A stretch of DNA of 64,000 nt, from positions 32,001-96,000 of the forward strand of contig CAXXKJ010000002.1 of the NCBI GenBank assembly GCA_963675295.2, written 5' to 3'. The notes under the pieces were generated by a model, which saw nothing but the letters and a program-made list of their open reading frames with translations, was not told the origin of the DNA and made no database searches. Source of the DNA: a bacterium (GTDB lineage Bacteria; Electryoneota; Electryoneia; Electryoneales; Electryoneaceae). Shown in pieces: positions 9,652-20,152 of the stretch (the stretch's first letter is position 1; each line of letters starts with the position of its first letter). A program made the translations under genes and the position numbers.

Positions 9652-10595
9652 TGATCGTCCCCGACCCGTTCACCGGGTTTGATTTGATAGCCGCGTAGAA
9701 AATCGGACACGGACATCCGTTTTTTGCCCTGCAGCTGAACCTCACGGATTTGCAGCGCGCCGTTTCCGCATGCAATCACCAGCCAGCCACTCCGTCCGTC
9801 GGCTTCGAGGATCGTACCGGGATCGCCGGAACCTCCGTCCAGCGGGCGAGTTGCGAACAGCTTCAGTTGCTTGCCACGGAGCGTCGTAAACGCTCCCGGC
9901 CACGGCGTCACGCCTCGCGCCCGGTTGTGCAATTCCACCGCAGGGAGGGTCCAATCAAGCCGTCCGTCTTCCTTCTCCAGCTTCGGCGCCTTGCTGACGA
10001 GGGATTCATCCTGCGGCAATGGGCTCAATTCACCCAGCTCAAGTCCCTGCAACGCACGCAGGATCATTTCCCCGCCCACCGGCGCGAGCCGGATCGCGAG
10101 GTCGCCCGCGGTTTCGTGCGGATCGAGCGGATAGCGTTCCTGCAGCAATACCCCGCCGGCGTCCACTTTTTGCGTGATCCGGATGACGCTGACCCCGGTT
10201 TCGGTGTCGCCGTTGATCAATGCCCAGTTCAGCGGTGCGGGACCGCGATATTTTGGCAGCAGGCTGGGGTGGACATTCAATGTGCCATGTGTTGGCGCAT
10301 CAAAGATTTGCGGCGGCAGGATGCGGAACGCGACCACCACGGCAGCGTCCGCATCGAACACGCGGAACTGCTCGTGGAATGCCGGATCTTTCAGCTTACG
10401 CGGGGTGAAGACAGGGACATCGGGCGTATGGTCGAGTACATGCTGATGGACCGGGGTTGGCGTCAGCTTACGTCCCCGGCCGGACGGTTTGTCCGGACCG
10501 GTGACCACGCCCACCAGCTCATGCTCGGGGCTGGTCATCAAACGGTCAAGGGTCGGTACACCGAAGCGATCGGTGCCGAGAAACACGACTCGCAT
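9648..10595 (-). CDS. fmt: Methionyl-tRNA formyltransferase
   Basis: MRVVFLGT, PDKPSGRG and NVHPSLLPKYRGPAP motifs. Confidence 0.97.
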   Translation of the reverse strand: MRVVFLGTDRFGVPTLDRLMTSPEHELVGVVTGPDKPSGRGRKLTPTPVHQHVLDHTPDVPVFTPRKLKDPAFHEQFRVFDADAAVVVAFRILPPQIFDAPTHGTLNVHPSLLPKYRGPAPLNWALINGDTETGVSVIRITQKVDAGGVLLQERYPLDPHETAGDLAIRLAPVGGEMILRALQGLELGELSPLPQDESLVSKAPKLEKEDGRLDWTLPAVELHNRARGVTPWPGAFTTLRGKQLKLFATRPLDGGSGDPGTILEADGRSGWLVIACGNGALQIREVQLQGKKRMSVSDFLRGYQIKPGERVGDDQ

Positions 10596-10620
10596 GCGTC
10601 ATTCAACCCCGTGCGGTGGG

Positions 10621-11136
10621 TTACTGTTCGCTGAGTTTCTTCAGTTTGCCACGCATTAACGTCTTCTTCAACGGCGGCAGGTAATCGGTGATCAGGACGC
10701 CGTCCAGGTGGTCCATCTCATGCTGCACGACAACGGCGAGCATGCCGTCCGCCTCGAGCACATGCGTCTCGCCCTTCGGGTCCTGGTATTCGACGGTGAC
10801 CGCTTCCGGACGGTCCACCTGCACGTTGATTTCCGGCAACGACAGGCAGCCTTCCTCGCAGGTGGCTAGCTCTTCGCTTTCGCCAACAATTTCCGGGTTC
10901 GCCATCGCGTACACCTTGAGGTGGCGTTCGCCGTCCACCTCTTCCGGCAGACCGATCACGAGGAACCGGATGCTCAAGCCAACCTGCGGCGCGGCGAGAC
11001 CGATACCGTCGCTCTTTTCCATCGTCTCGAGCATGTCGGCGGCGAGCTTTTCGAGCTCGGGTCCGAATTCGGTGACCGGTTCCGCGACCTTGCGCAGCAC
11101 CGGATCGCCATAAATGCGTACATCAAGCATTGCCAT
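10621..11136 (-). CDS. def: Peptide deformylase
   Basis: GIGLAAPQ, EGCLS and QHEMDHLDG motifs. Confidence 0.97.
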   Translation of the reverse strand: MAMLDVRIYGDPVLRKVAEPVTEFGPELEKLAADMLETMEKSDGIGLAAPQVGLSIRFLVIGLPEEVDGERHLKVYAMANPEIVGESEELATCEEGCLSLPEINVQVDRPEAVTVEYQDPKGETHVLEADGMLAVVVQHEMDHLDGVLITDYLPPLKKTLMRGKLKKLSEQ

Positions 11137-11162
11137 GAAAATACTCCGTGATCGCGCGCGAC

Positions 11163-11495
11163 TTAACTCGCGTCCGTCTTTCGATTGACGGCGCTGCGAT
11201 CCACAATGATCTTGTTCCCCTCGTTGATCTTGATGATCAGGGTGTTGTCCTGTTCACGGATACCGGCGACGGTGCCGTGGATCCCGCCGATGGTGACAAC
11301 GTTGTCACCCTGTTTCAGCTCCTGGATCATCTTCTGCTGTTCCTTCTGGCGCTTGGCCTGGGGACGGATCATCAGGAAGTAGATGATGACAAAGATGAGG
11401 ATGAAGGGCAGGAAGCCCAGCAGTCCGCCGCCACCTGTGCCGCCTTCCGCGCCGCCGCCCGCCATGAGCGGAATGAAGTACATGGGAAAATGCAT
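11163..11495 (-). CDS. yajC: Preprotein translocase subunit YajC
   Basis: FVIIYFLMIRPQAKRQK and GDNVVTIGGIHG motifs. Confidence 0.95.
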   Translation of the reverse strand: MHFPMYFIPLMAGGGAEGGTGGGGLLGFLPFILIFVIIYFLMIRPQAKRQKEQQKMIQELKQGDNVVTIGGIHGTVAGIREQDNTLIIKINEGNKIIVDRSAVNRKTDAS

Positions 11496-11620
11496 CGTGT
11501 CGTCTCTCGCCTTCGTTTTAGTGGGGAATCAGCTTCGCAATATACATGGTGGAAACGGGAGATGCCGTGGTTGGGTACGCGCGGAGCGCCTCACCCGTTC
11601 CAACGATGTCCGGGGGTGAA

Positions 11621-11835
11621 GTATGCCCCGACGAGTTTACTCGTCGGGATGATCCGAGGTCATGTCATCGAGTTGCCTATGACCCGACTTGCTCGCAAGT
11701 CGGGATCATCTGCCGCTGGAAATCTCATCGTCCGTGCCCCAGACATTCATGTCTGGGGTCATCCGACGGTCAATAGTCCAGGGGGGTGCAAGGTTGTATG
11801 CCCCGACCGCGGAAGAGCTGGTCGGGCTTATCCAC
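11621..11835. repeat. Cluster of four REP-like hairpins (TG(C/A)CCC-stem-loop-GGG-NT-NATC family)
   Basis: Units at ~11623, 11679, 11734 and 11798, e.g. CCCGACGAG-ttta-CTCGTCGGG and CCCCAGACAT-tc-ATGTCTGGGG. Confidence 0.75.
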
Positions 11836-11980
11836 CCTCGGATGACCCGCGATAGCCGTCACAAACAGACGTGACGGACAATCACGGGCACCGTCATTAA
11901 ACCCATATCAGATCATCACGGGCACCAGCGTCCACTCTCTCGTTGTATATTGACGTATCACGGTTCCACCGAGGTCCACA

Positions 11981-13447
11981 ATGACACGCTTTCTGCTCAC
12001 CCTTCCCCTCATCCTGCTGATCACACTGTTGCTGTCCCAGCCGTCTCACGCCCAGTGGGAGCGACACGAATTGCCAACCGGTGCTGAAGGTGTTCCCGGT
12101 GGCTTTCTTGGGATGGATGATGTTGACTACGACGGCGACCTTGATCCCATCGTTCTTCGCTCCCATTTCCGTATCGTCGAAAACACGCTGCCAGACGATT
12201 GGATTCTACACGAAAACGCACAAGTCACAGATTCAGCATATTTCTTCTATTCCGCAATGACGGATCTCGACTCTGACGGTGATCATGATTATATATTCAA
12301 TGGTTGGATTGCCGATGCTCCTGATCCCGACTCCTATGCAGTCGGTTGGCTGGAAAATCTTGGTTATCCCGAGTATCGAATTCACTTCATCATGCATGTT
12401 GAAAACTATGGCACGTTCCACCCCGGCGATCTTGACAACGACGGCGATATCGATTTCTTGACCCGGTTTGGTCCTGATCCTGATCTGACTGGTGCGATTC
12501 ACCTCTGGCTGCAACAACCAGACGGCACATTCGAGATTGAGATAAACACGAACATCGTCGGACTCCGTGCCTCAAATCTTGCTGACCTCAACGGTGATGG
12601 CTGGCTCGATTTCCTGATGGCCACTGCAGATGGCCTTGAAGTTCACTTCGGTTCTGCAGATGGATGGACCTCCATTGTCCTCGATCCACTTCCCAACGGT
12701 CTTGGATATGTGTATGATCAATACGATTTCGCTGATTTCGATACCGATGGGGATCTCGATTTCGTCACGCAACGGTACTACTTCCCCGGACTATGGTTTG
12801 GACAAATCGCCTGGTGGGAAAACGAGGGTGGTATGTCTTTTTCACGTCATATCATCTTGGACAATATTGAAAGTGGCAGCATGAATACTTCGCGCCCGCT
12901 TCGGATTCTGGATATCGAGCTTGATGGTGATATGGATGTCGCTGATGGTGGACTTTTCTTCGTCAATCAGGGCGACAATGAGACCTTTGTACAACAGTTT
13001 TATGAGCCTGATGAATGGTATGACTTTCCGATCCTTGAAAAAGCGGACATCGACAACGACGGCGACATCGACCTGTTCAACGAGCACGTTTACTGGTACG
13101 AAAATCCGACCAACGATCCGCCGCAGTTCATCATCCGCTTGGTCCCGCGCCAGACGACGGTCCCGTCCGCCGGTGGCGAGGTCGTCTTCGACGGCATGAT
13201 CTACAACCAGTTCCCACAGCCGATTAACGGCCATCTCTGGGCCGACGTAACCGGCCCGAACGGCAACCGCGCACGTGTCTGGCACCGCCGGATGACCTTT
13301 CCCAACGGCGAGTGGCTGACGTGGCCCGACCTCGGCCTGACAGTCCCCGGCGGATTGCCCACCGGAGACTATAGGATGACCGTCCGTGCCGCAGCAGGGG
13401 GGTATGGGTTCGTCCCCGGTGACAGCCTCAGCTTTACCAAAGAGTGA
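11981..13447 (+). CDS. Secreted FG-GAP/VCBS-repeat (beta-propeller) protein with a C-terminal beta-sandwich-like domain
   Basis: Signal peptide; seven DxDxDGDxD-type repeats; RBS-like GAGG upstream. Confidence 0.85.
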   Translation: MTRFLLTLPLILLITLLLSQPSHAQWERHELPTGAEGVPGGFLGMDDVDYDGDLDPIVLRSHFRIVENTLPDDWILHENAQVTDSAYFFYSAMTDLDSDGDHDYIFNGWIADAPDPDSYAVGWLENLGYPEYRIHFIMHVENYGTFHPGDLDNDGDIDFLTRFGPDPDLTGAIHLWLQQPDGTFEIEINTNIVGLRASNLADLNGDGWLDFLMATADGLEVHFGSADGWTSIVLDPLPNGLGYVYDQYDFADFDTDGDLDFVTQRYYFPGLWFGQIAWWENEGGMSFSRHIILDNIESGSMNTSRPLRILDIELDGDMDVADGGLFFVNQGDNETFVQQFYEPDEWYDFPILEKADIDNDGDIDLFNEHVYWYENPTNDPPQFIIRLVPRQTTVPSAGGEVVFDGMIYNQFPQPINGHLWADVTGPNGNRARVWHRRMTFPNGEWLTWPDLGLTVPGGLPTGDYRMTVRAAAGGYGFVPGDSLSFTKE

Positions 13448-13559
13448 ATCTGTCCGTTCATGCCTGTGTGACCCGCCGGTCTGTTTCGGCGGTTCGCAGG
13501 GGTCGACCGTTCGTAAGCCGCGGTAGCCAACTGAAGCTCCCGCGGGCATCTTGACAAAT

Positions 13560-13594
13560 GTGCCCCAGATGGCTCCGCCAGCAGGGCTTGTCCG
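13560..13594. repeat. REP-like hairpin GTGCCCC(A/T)GATGGCTCCGCCAGCAG
   Basis: Near-identical copies at 40436-40460 and 44356-44390. Confidence 0.75.
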
Positions 13595-13937
13595 CAGGTT
13601 CCGGGGACACCTGTCGGCACAGATCAGGCGGATCGTCGTTGAGTCGCTGTCTGTTTGCCACGTCACACACAGCGTTGAACCAGCGTCAAGTGCCGCCAGA
13701 TGTCCCCTATTGTTTTGCTCACAGCTCATTGCTCACGGCTCACTGCTCGGTTCCGCGACGCAAAGTGGACAGCCCTGTCACGCACGACCGTCCCCTGCAA
13801 TTCGCGTCCGTCTCAACCCCGCGAACACCCCCCTCACCGCTCGGTTTCATTCCACCCGTTCGGCCCTTACATTCCGTAGCTTCCAGCGATACACCAACAC
13901 ATCACCTGCCGGGCGCGGCAGACATGGAGAGGGTCTA

Positions 13938-14930
13938 GTGAAAACGGTATTAGTCACCGGTGTGGCGGGCTACATCGGCTCGGTACTCGCACGTCAACTG
14001 CTCGACAACGGCTACAAGGTGCTGGGTGTGGACGCCCTGTTTTTCGGCGGGGACGCGATCATCGGCATCTACAACCACCCGAATTTCAGTTTCCGCAAGG
14101 GCGATGTCCGTGACGCAGCCTTCATGCAGGACGCGATCAAGGATGCGGACGCAATCGTCCACCTCGCGGCGATTGTCGGCGACCCGGCCTGCCGTCAGCA
14201 GCCGGAACTGGCGCGTTCGATCAACGGGGACGGGTCCAAGCAGCTGTTCGACCTCGCGAAGAAGGCCGGCAACATCGAACGCTTCATTTTTGCCTCAACG
14301 TGCAGCAACTACGGCAAGATGGAGGGCGACGACTACATCACCGAAACCTCCGCGTTGAACCCGATTTCCCTCTACGCCGTGCTCAAGGTCGAGTTCGAGA
14401 AGTACCTGATGGCGAACCCGGGCGGGAAAGATGGCATGGTCGCGACTCCGTTGCGCTTCTCGACCGTGTATGGGTTGTCGCCGCGTGTCCGGTTCGACTT
14501 GACCGTCAACGAATTCACCCGCGACCTGGCCTTGGGCCGCACATTGAAGATTTTCGGCGAACAGTTCTGGCGGCCGTATTGCCACGTCGAAGATCTGGCC
14601 CGCTCCTGCATCGTGGTGCTGGAAGCGGATCGTGAGCTGGTCGATGGTGACGTCTTCGGTGTCGGAGACACCTCGGAGAACTACCAGAAGAAGATGCTCG
14701 CGGACGAGATGGAGAAAATCATCCCGGACGCGAAGATCGAATACGTCAAGAAGGACGAGGATCCGCGCGACTACCGTGTCGATTTCAGCAAGATCCGCGA
14801 CCGTCTCGGCTTCAGCATCACCAAGCGTGTGCCGGACGGCATCCGTGAGATCTACGAGATCCTGCGGGACGGCGTCATTTCCGATCCGGACTCGTCCAAG
14901 TACCGTAACTCGAACCCGGAAGCGATCTGA
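13938..14930 (+). CDS. NAD-dependent nucleotide-sugar epimerase/dehydratase (extended SDR)
   Basis: VLVTGVAGYIG, HLAAIVG, FASTCSNYG and YAVLK (YxxxK) motifs; GTG start after GGAGAGG. Confidence 0.9.
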   Translation: MKTVLVTGVAGYIGSVLARQLLDNGYKVLGVDALFFGGDAIIGIYNHPNFSFRKGDVRDAAFMQDAIKDADAIVHLAAIVGDPACRQQPELARSINGDGSKQLFDLAKKAGNIERFIFASTCSNYGKMEGDDYITETSALNPISLYAVLKVEFEKYLMANPGGKDGMVATPLRFSTVYGLSPRVRFDLTVNEFTRDLALGRTLKIFGEQFWRPYCHVEDLARSCIVVLEADRELVDGDVFGVGDTSENYQKKMLADEMEKIIPDAKIEYVKKDEDPRDYRVDFSKIRDRLGFSITKRVPDGIREIYEILRDGVISDPDSSKYRNSNPEAI

Positions 14931-16069
14931 TGGCGTTTGACATTCCCCTTTTCGATCTCAACTTCGACGATCATGAAGTTGACGCGGTTGCTGAAACGGT
15001 CCGGTCCAAATGGATTTCGATGGGCCAACGGACTGTCGAGCTGGAGGAACGGTTCGCGGCACGGCTGGGGGTGAAGCATGTGATCGCGGTGACAAATTGC
15101 ACTGCCGCGCTGCACATGGCGTGCGTCCTCGCCGGTCTCGGGCCGGAGGACGAAGTGATTGTCCCGTCGCTGACCTTTGTCGCGACGGCGAACGCGGTGC
15201 GTTACACCGGCGCGCGTCCGGTGTTTGCCGACATCATCAGCGCGCGCAACTTGAGCCTTGATCCGGACGATGTGCAACGGAAGATCACCCAGCGCACCCG
15301 CGCGATCCTGCCGATGCATTATGGCGGCTGGCCGTGTCCGATGGAACGGTTCGCACAAATCGCGGACGAACACCGGCTGGTGATCATTGAGGACGCCGCA
15401 CACACCATCGATGTCGATTATCACGGCCGCAAGCTCGGAACCTGGGGCAAGTTCGGCTGCTACAGCTTCTTTTCGAACAAGGTGATTACCAGCGCCGAGG
15501 GCGGCCTTCTGGCGACCGACGACGATCAGCTCGCCGCGCGTGCGAAGCTGATCCGTTCGCATGGCATGACCACGCTGTCCTACCAGCGCGCGCAGGGTCA
15601 CGCGACACGGTACGACGTCGTCGAACCCGGCTACAACTACCGCATTGACGACATCCGCGCTTCCCTGGCATTGGCCCAGGAAGCCAAGCTGGACGGGATC
15701 ATCGCCAAGCGGAAAGAGTTGCGCGCGGTCTACGAAAAGGCGCTGGCGAATGTGGACGGCATCACGGTGCCGTACATGGGCGTGACCGAGAATTCGGCGA
15801 ACTATATCATGCCGGTGGTGATCGACAGCGGCGGCGAGGAGCGCCGGGATGCGATCCGTCAATACCTCGCCGACCACGGCATCCAGACCAGCGTCCACTA
15901 TCCGGCGATTCACCGGTTCTCGATTTATTCCGGCACGCATCACCTGCCGACGACAGACTATGTCGCCGATCACCTGGTCACGTTGCCGATGTACGATTCG
16001 TTGACCGAAGAGCAGATCGGGCGTGTCGCGGATACCTTGCAGGGCGCGTTGCAAAAGGTGTCATCCTGA
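14930..16069 (+). CDS. DegT/DnrJ/EryC1 sugar aminotransferase
   Basis: TNCTAALH, IIEDAAH, YSFFSNKVITSAEGG and GYNYR motifs. Confidence 0.92.
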   Translation: MAFDIPLFDLNFDDHEVDAVAETVRSKWISMGQRTVELEERFAARLGVKHVIAVTNCTAALHMACVLAGLGPEDEVIVPSLTFVATANAVRYTGARPVFADIISARNLSLDPDDVQRKITQRTRAILPMHYGGWPCPMERFAQIADEHRLVIIEDAAHTIDVDYHGRKLGTWGKFGCYSFFSNKVITSAEGGLLATDDDQLAARAKLIRSHGMTTLSYQRAQGHATRYDVVEPGYNYRIDDIRASLALAQEAKLDGIIAKRKELRAVYEKALANVDGITVPYMGVTENSANYIMPVVIDSGGEERRDAIRQYLADHGIQTSVHYPAIHRFSIYSGTHHLPTTDYVADHLVTLPMYDSLTEEQIGRVADTLQGALQKVSS

Positions 16070-16152
16070 ACGAAGTGAAGGATCTCCAACTTCTCCAATC
16101 ATTAGTTCATGGGGAGATTCTTCACTACGCTTCACTTCGTTCAGAATGACAC
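16058..16152. repeat. Inverted pair of GTCAT(C/T)CTGAACG...GTGAAG(G/A)ATCT REP-like elements
   Basis: GTGTCATCCTGAACGAAGTGAAGGATCTC ... GAGATTCTTCAC...CGTTCAGAATGACAC; contains the stop codon of the upstream gene; further copies at 35298-35335 and 40348-40377. Confidence 0.75.
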
Positions 16153-16192
16153 ATCGATAGGGTTTTATCAGGAAATGGCAAGGAGAAGCTCG

Positions 16193-17278
16193 GTGTACCG
16201 TTCCCCGGAAGTGCTGCGAGATCTGACTGTTGGTGAATCCGTCAGCATCCGTCACGCGATCGAGGCGATGGATGAACACCACCTCGGCGTGGTGCTGGTG
16301 GTGAACGGCGAAGGTGTCCTTACCGGGATGCTGACGGACGGCGACCTGCGCCGCGCGATCCTCGCCAACGCCGACCTTGACGGGCCGGTGGAACGGGTGA
16401 TGAAGCACGGTCCGGCGACCTTGCGTCACGACGAAGCCAGCGAAGACGCGGTCGTCGAGTTGCTGGAGGAACGCAGCTTCCGGCACGTGCCGATCGTGGA
16501 CAACGACGGTAAACCGGCCGACCTGATTGTCTGGAATGATCTCGAAGCCGCGCAGCTGCGTGAAACCGAAGAACATCGCCAGCTCGACTGTGACGTCGTC
16601 ATCATGGCCGGCGGCAAGGGGTCACGGCTGGACCCGTTCACCCGTGTGTTGCCGAAACCGCTGGTGCCCATTGGCGACAAGCCGGTGCTTGAGCTGATCA
16701 TGGATGATTTCCGCCCGTACGGCGTCGATCATTTCTTCGTCAGCGTCAACCACATGCGGAAGATGATCCGCGTCTACCTGGAGAGTGTCAACCTCGCCGA
16801 CCAGGTCGAACTGGTCGAAGAGGACAAGCCGCTTGGCACCGCCGGCGCGTTGCAATTTCTGAAGGGGAAGGTCGAGCGGCCGTTTTTCGTGGTCAACTGC
16901 GACGTCATTATCCGTGCCGACTTCGCAGACATTTTCGACCATCACACGAAGAATGGCCACAAGTTGACCGTGGTCGGATCGTTGAAGAATCATACCGTCC
17001 CGTACGGCGTCTGCGAGGTCGCTGAGGACGGTTCGTTGTCGAAGATCGTGGAGAAGCCGCGGTACGATTTCCTAGTCAATACCGGGATGTACATCCTCTC
17101 GCCCGAGGTGCTGGAGTACATTCCCGAGGACCGCGAATTCCACATGACGCACCTGATCGACGTGGTGCTCGAGCGTGGCGAAAAGGTCGGCGTCTTCCCG
17201 ATCGGGGAAAAGGCGTGGCTGGATACCGGCCAGTGGGAAGAATACCGCCGGGCGATCAAGTTGCTGGGCAAGATGTAG
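16193..17278 (+). CDS. CBS-pair plus nucleotidyltransferase (PtmE-like, nonulosonate pathway)
   Basis: LTDGDLRR CBS motif; IMAGGKGSRLDPFTRVLPKPL and EEDKPLGTAG; probable GTG start after AGGAG. Confidence 0.9.
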   Translation: MYRSPEVLRDLTVGESVSIRHAIEAMDEHHLGVVLVVNGEGVLTGMLTDGDLRRAILANADLDGPVERVMKHGPATLRHDEASEDAVVELLEERSFRHVPIVDNDGKPADLIVWNDLEAAQLRETEEHRQLDCDVVIMAGGKGSRLDPFTRVLPKPLVPIGDKPVLELIMDDFRPYGVDHFFVSVNHMRKMIRVYLESVNLADQVELVEEDKPLGTAGALQFLKGKVERPFFVVNCDVIIRADFADIFDHHTKNGHKLTVVGSLKNHTVPYGVCEVAEDGSLSKIVEKPRYDFLVNTGMYILSPEVLEYIPEDREFHMTHLIDVVLERGEKVGVFPIGEKAWLDTGQWEEYRRAIKLLGKM

Positions 17279-17291
17279 TGGGGGCAGGGCC

Positions 17292-18305
17292 GTGATTGAT
17301 CGGCATGATCTCGTCTATCACTGTGATTCGTTGCCGGAAATCGGCAACGGTCACCTGAAACGCGGGCTGGACGTGTTGCACGCCCTGCACGCCCGCGACC
17401 CCGGCCTGCGTCTCGGCCTCTGCGGTACGTTTTCCGACGGTGCACAACGCTTCATCGACGAATTCCTCGACCCGGAGATTGAGGTCTTCGCCAACCCGAA
17501 GCAGCTCCCTTTCGCGAAGTTTACCGTGCTCGATACGATGCACAAGCCCGGTGTGCCCGGGTACATGGATCCGCAGAAAACGGCGAACGTGCGCGACAGC
17601 GGTGAACTGTTCATCATCATCTCGTCAGCGTTGTACCAGCAATTGCCGGTGATGTGCGACCTGTTCATCGACCATCTGCCGGACGTTGTCATTGCCGGTG
17701 TCGCGCCCCGGCGTTCATTGTACGGTTTCGCGTTCGCACCGGTGGGCGCGGAGTTTTTCCAGCCGGTAGATGAGGACGACGAGGACCATCACGGCTGGCT
17801 TGTCGCGGTGATCGGCGGCGGGCCGGTGCAGAACGGGCCGCAACTGCTGGCGGCCGAGGTGTACGACCGCGCGTTGGAGCAGTTCCCCGGCTTCGCGATG
17901 GTGCTGTCGCCACATTTCCCGGCGGATCAGATCACGGAATTGCGGGAACGTTTCCCGAAACTTGAGTTGTTGCAGGGGATACCGTCGCTGGTGCCGCTGC
18001 TGCAGAACGCTGGCGCGGTGATCTGCACCTATGGCAACATCACGTACGAAGCGTTAAGCTGCGGACAGTCGGTGTTTCTTGCCAATTATCTCGATTTTCA
18101 GCAGGAATACAGCCAGATGCTGGAACGGAAAGACCTGGTCGTCAACCTCGGCACGTTCGACATGCTCATGCCGGGCAAGCTGAAGCTTCTGTTCCAGCCC
18201 AAGGTGCGGGAATTGTTGTCCAGCCACGCGCGCAGTGAATTCTCCGGGCCAGGCATCGAAGCCATCGCCGAAGCTGTGCTGGAGTTGATGGAAGAAAACG
18301 AGTGA
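17292..18305 (+). CDS. PseG/SpsG-like nucleotide-sugar hydrolase
   Basis: N-terminal CDSLPEIGNGHLKR (GxGH motif intact); GT-B-type C-terminus (TYGNITYEAL). Confidence 0.7.
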   Translation: MIDRHDLVYHCDSLPEIGNGHLKRGLDVLHALHARDPGLRLGLCGTFSDGAQRFIDEFLDPEIEVFANPKQLPFAKFTVLDTMHKPGVPGYMDPQKTANVRDSGELFIIISSALYQQLPVMCDLFIDHLPDVVIAGVAPRRSLYGFAFAPVGAEFFQPVDEDDEDHHGWLVAVIGGGPVQNGPQLLAAEVYDRALEQFPGFAMVLSPHFPADQITELRERFPKLELLQGIPSLVPLLQNAGAVICTYGNITYEALSCGQSVFLANYLDFQQEYSQMLERKDLVVNLGTFDMLMPGKLKLLFQPKVRELLSSHARSEFSGPGIEAIAEAVLELMEENE

Positions 18306-18313
18306 CGCAGAAG

Positions 18314-18410
18314 ACGGTAGTCGGTAAACGGTGATCGGTTGTCGGTAACACCCAGCCTATCGCCCATGGCCCATAGACCACAGACCATAGACCATAGACC
18401 ATAAGACCAG
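18314..18410. repeat. Degenerate 7-mer tandem repeats
   Basis: (CCATAGA)n-type units, preceded by CGGTAGT/CGGTAAA/CGGTGAT/CGGTTGT units. Confidence 0.75.
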
Positions 18411-18414
18411 ACCC

Positions 18415-19419
18415 ATGCCCAACCTGAACCTGGATCGCATATACATCGTTGCCGAGATGGCGAACGCGCATGACGGCCGTGTCGAGGACGCGCTTGGCAT
18501 TGTGGACGCCGCCGCGCGTGCCGGTGCGGACGCAGTCAAGTTCCAGATGTTCACGCCGGACGAACTCGCGGTGCCGTCGTTCTCGTATTACGACCTGTAC
18601 ATCAAGCTGCAGATGCCGGACGAGCACTGGCAGTCGATCATAGACCGCGCCCATGGCCACGGCCTGACCACCATCTGCGACGTGTTCGGCCTCGAAAGTC
18701 TGCAACGCGCGGACCGGCTCGGCATGGACGGGTTCAAGGTGCACAATGCGGATGTGTCCAACAGCCCGTTACTCGCAGGAATCGGCCAGACAGGCAAGCC
18801 GGTGTTGTTGTCCACCGGCGGCTCGAAGCCGGAGGAAACCGAACGCGCGATTGATGTCCTGCGCACCAGCGGCGCGCCGCAGATTGTGCTGATGCACGGC
18901 TTCCAGTCTTACCCGACCAAATTGAGCGACTCGCACCTGCGCCGGATCGAAACCCTGCGCCGCATCTTCGACCTCCCGATTGGCTTTGCCGGGCATGTGG
19001 ACGGTGGCACCGAGGAAGCGATCCAACTGCCGGTATGGGCGGTTGCCGCCGGGGCGGACCTGATCGAGACGCACATCACCCTCGACCGTTCGCAGGAAGG
19101 CGGCGACTGGTTTTCGTCGCTCGATCCCGACCCGTTCAAGCGCATGGTCGAGACAATTCGTGCCGCCGAACCGGCGCTGGGGTCGCGCAGCATTGAGATG
19201 GGCGAGGACGAACTCGCATACCGCAACAAGCACAAGAAATGGCTGGTGGCAACGGCCGACATCGCCGCGGGTGAGGAATTTACCGGTGCCAATCTCAGCC
19301 TCAAGCGCGCGGACGATGTTCCCGCGGAAACGTATTCCACCCTCGACGCCGTGCTCGGCAAACTTGCCGTGCGCGCGATCAACGAACACGAACCGATTCA
19401 ACCCGGGGATTGCAAGTGA
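18415..19419 (+). CDS. NeuB-family nonulosonic acid synthase
   Basis: VAEMANAHDG, ADAVKFQ, LLSTG and IETHITLDRS motifs; C-terminal SAF/AFP domain. Confidence 0.9.
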   Translation: MPNLNLDRIYIVAEMANAHDGRVEDALGIVDAAARAGADAVKFQMFTPDELAVPSFSYYDLYIKLQMPDEHWQSIIDRAHGHGLTTICDVFGLESLQRADRLGMDGFKVHNADVSNSPLLAGIGQTGKPVLLSTGGSKPEETERAIDVLRTSGAPQIVLMHGFQSYPTKLSDSHLRRIETLRRIFDLPIGFAGHVDGGTEEAIQLPVWAVAAGADLIETHITLDRSQEGGDWFSSLDPDPFKRMVETIRAAEPALGSRSIEMGEDELAYRNKHKKWLVATADIAAGEEFTGANLSLKRADDVPAETYSTLDAVLGKLAVRAINEHEPIQPGDCK

Positions 19420-20144
19420 AAACCTGTGCCGCGATAGCCTGCCGCGCCTATTCCACCCGTCTCTTCGGCAAACCGTTGCAACTGGTCGGGGACCGTCCCA
19501 TCCTGACCCACCTGCTCGACCAGATGAAGCAGGCGAAACGGTTGGATGAGATCGTGCTCGCGATCAGTGAAGGCCCGGATTCCGGCCTCTTCATTGAATA
19601 CGCGAAGGAACACGGCTACAAGTATGTCGTCGGTGCGGGACGCGACGTGCAATATCGTCTGATCATGGCCGCCGAGAGTGTCGGTGCAGACATCATCCTG
19701 CGCAACACCAGCGAAAACCCGTTTATCTACTGGGAAAACATCGACGAGATCATCGAGCGGCACATCGCCAATGAAAATGATTTCACGGTGACCGAAAAGC
19801 TGCCGATTGCGGCATTTGTCGAGGTGGTGTCGACCGCGGCGTTGAAACGTGCCCACGATCTCGGTGATGAACGCACCCGCAGCGAGCTGGTGATGCTCTA
19901 CATCGCCGAGCACCCCGAACAGTTCAAGATCGAACGCGTCGCCCCACCCCCGGACCTCGCACGCCCGGAAATCCGTTTCGCGGTGGACGATCCGATGGAC
20001 CTGCTGATGATTCGCAAGATGTGGGAAGCGGTCAACGGCGGCCGCAAGTTCGTTCCTCTCAAGGAGCTGATCGACTACTGGGATCAAGATGCGGACGTCG
20101 CCCGTGTACTGAGCACGGGTGATATTCTGACCCTCTGGTCCTGA
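19416..20144 (+). CDS. SpsF-like acylneuraminate cytidylyltransferase
   Basis: IACRAYSTRLFGKPL and RFAVDDPMD motifs; GTGA overlap with the upstream stop. Confidence 0.85.
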   Translation: MKTCAAIACRAYSTRLFGKPLQLVGDRPILTHLLDQMKQAKRLDEIVLAISEGPDSGLFIEYAKEHGYKYVVGAGRDVQYRLIMAAESVGADIILRNTSENPFIYWENIDEIIERHIANENDFTVTEKLPIAAFVEVVSTAALKRAHDLGDERTRSELVMLYIAEHPEQFKIERVAPPPDLARPEIRFAVDDPMDLLMIRKMWEAVNGGRKFVPLKELIDYWDQDADVARVLSTGDILTLWS

Positions 20145-20152
20145 TCGTAAGC

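Noticed and set aside
13551-13937. N-terminal extensions given by the ORF track (13551, 16109, 17175, 24298, 46032, 56182 and others)
   Set aside because: They run through repeats or overlap neighbouring genes; better starts with an RBS or stop-start overlap lie downstream.
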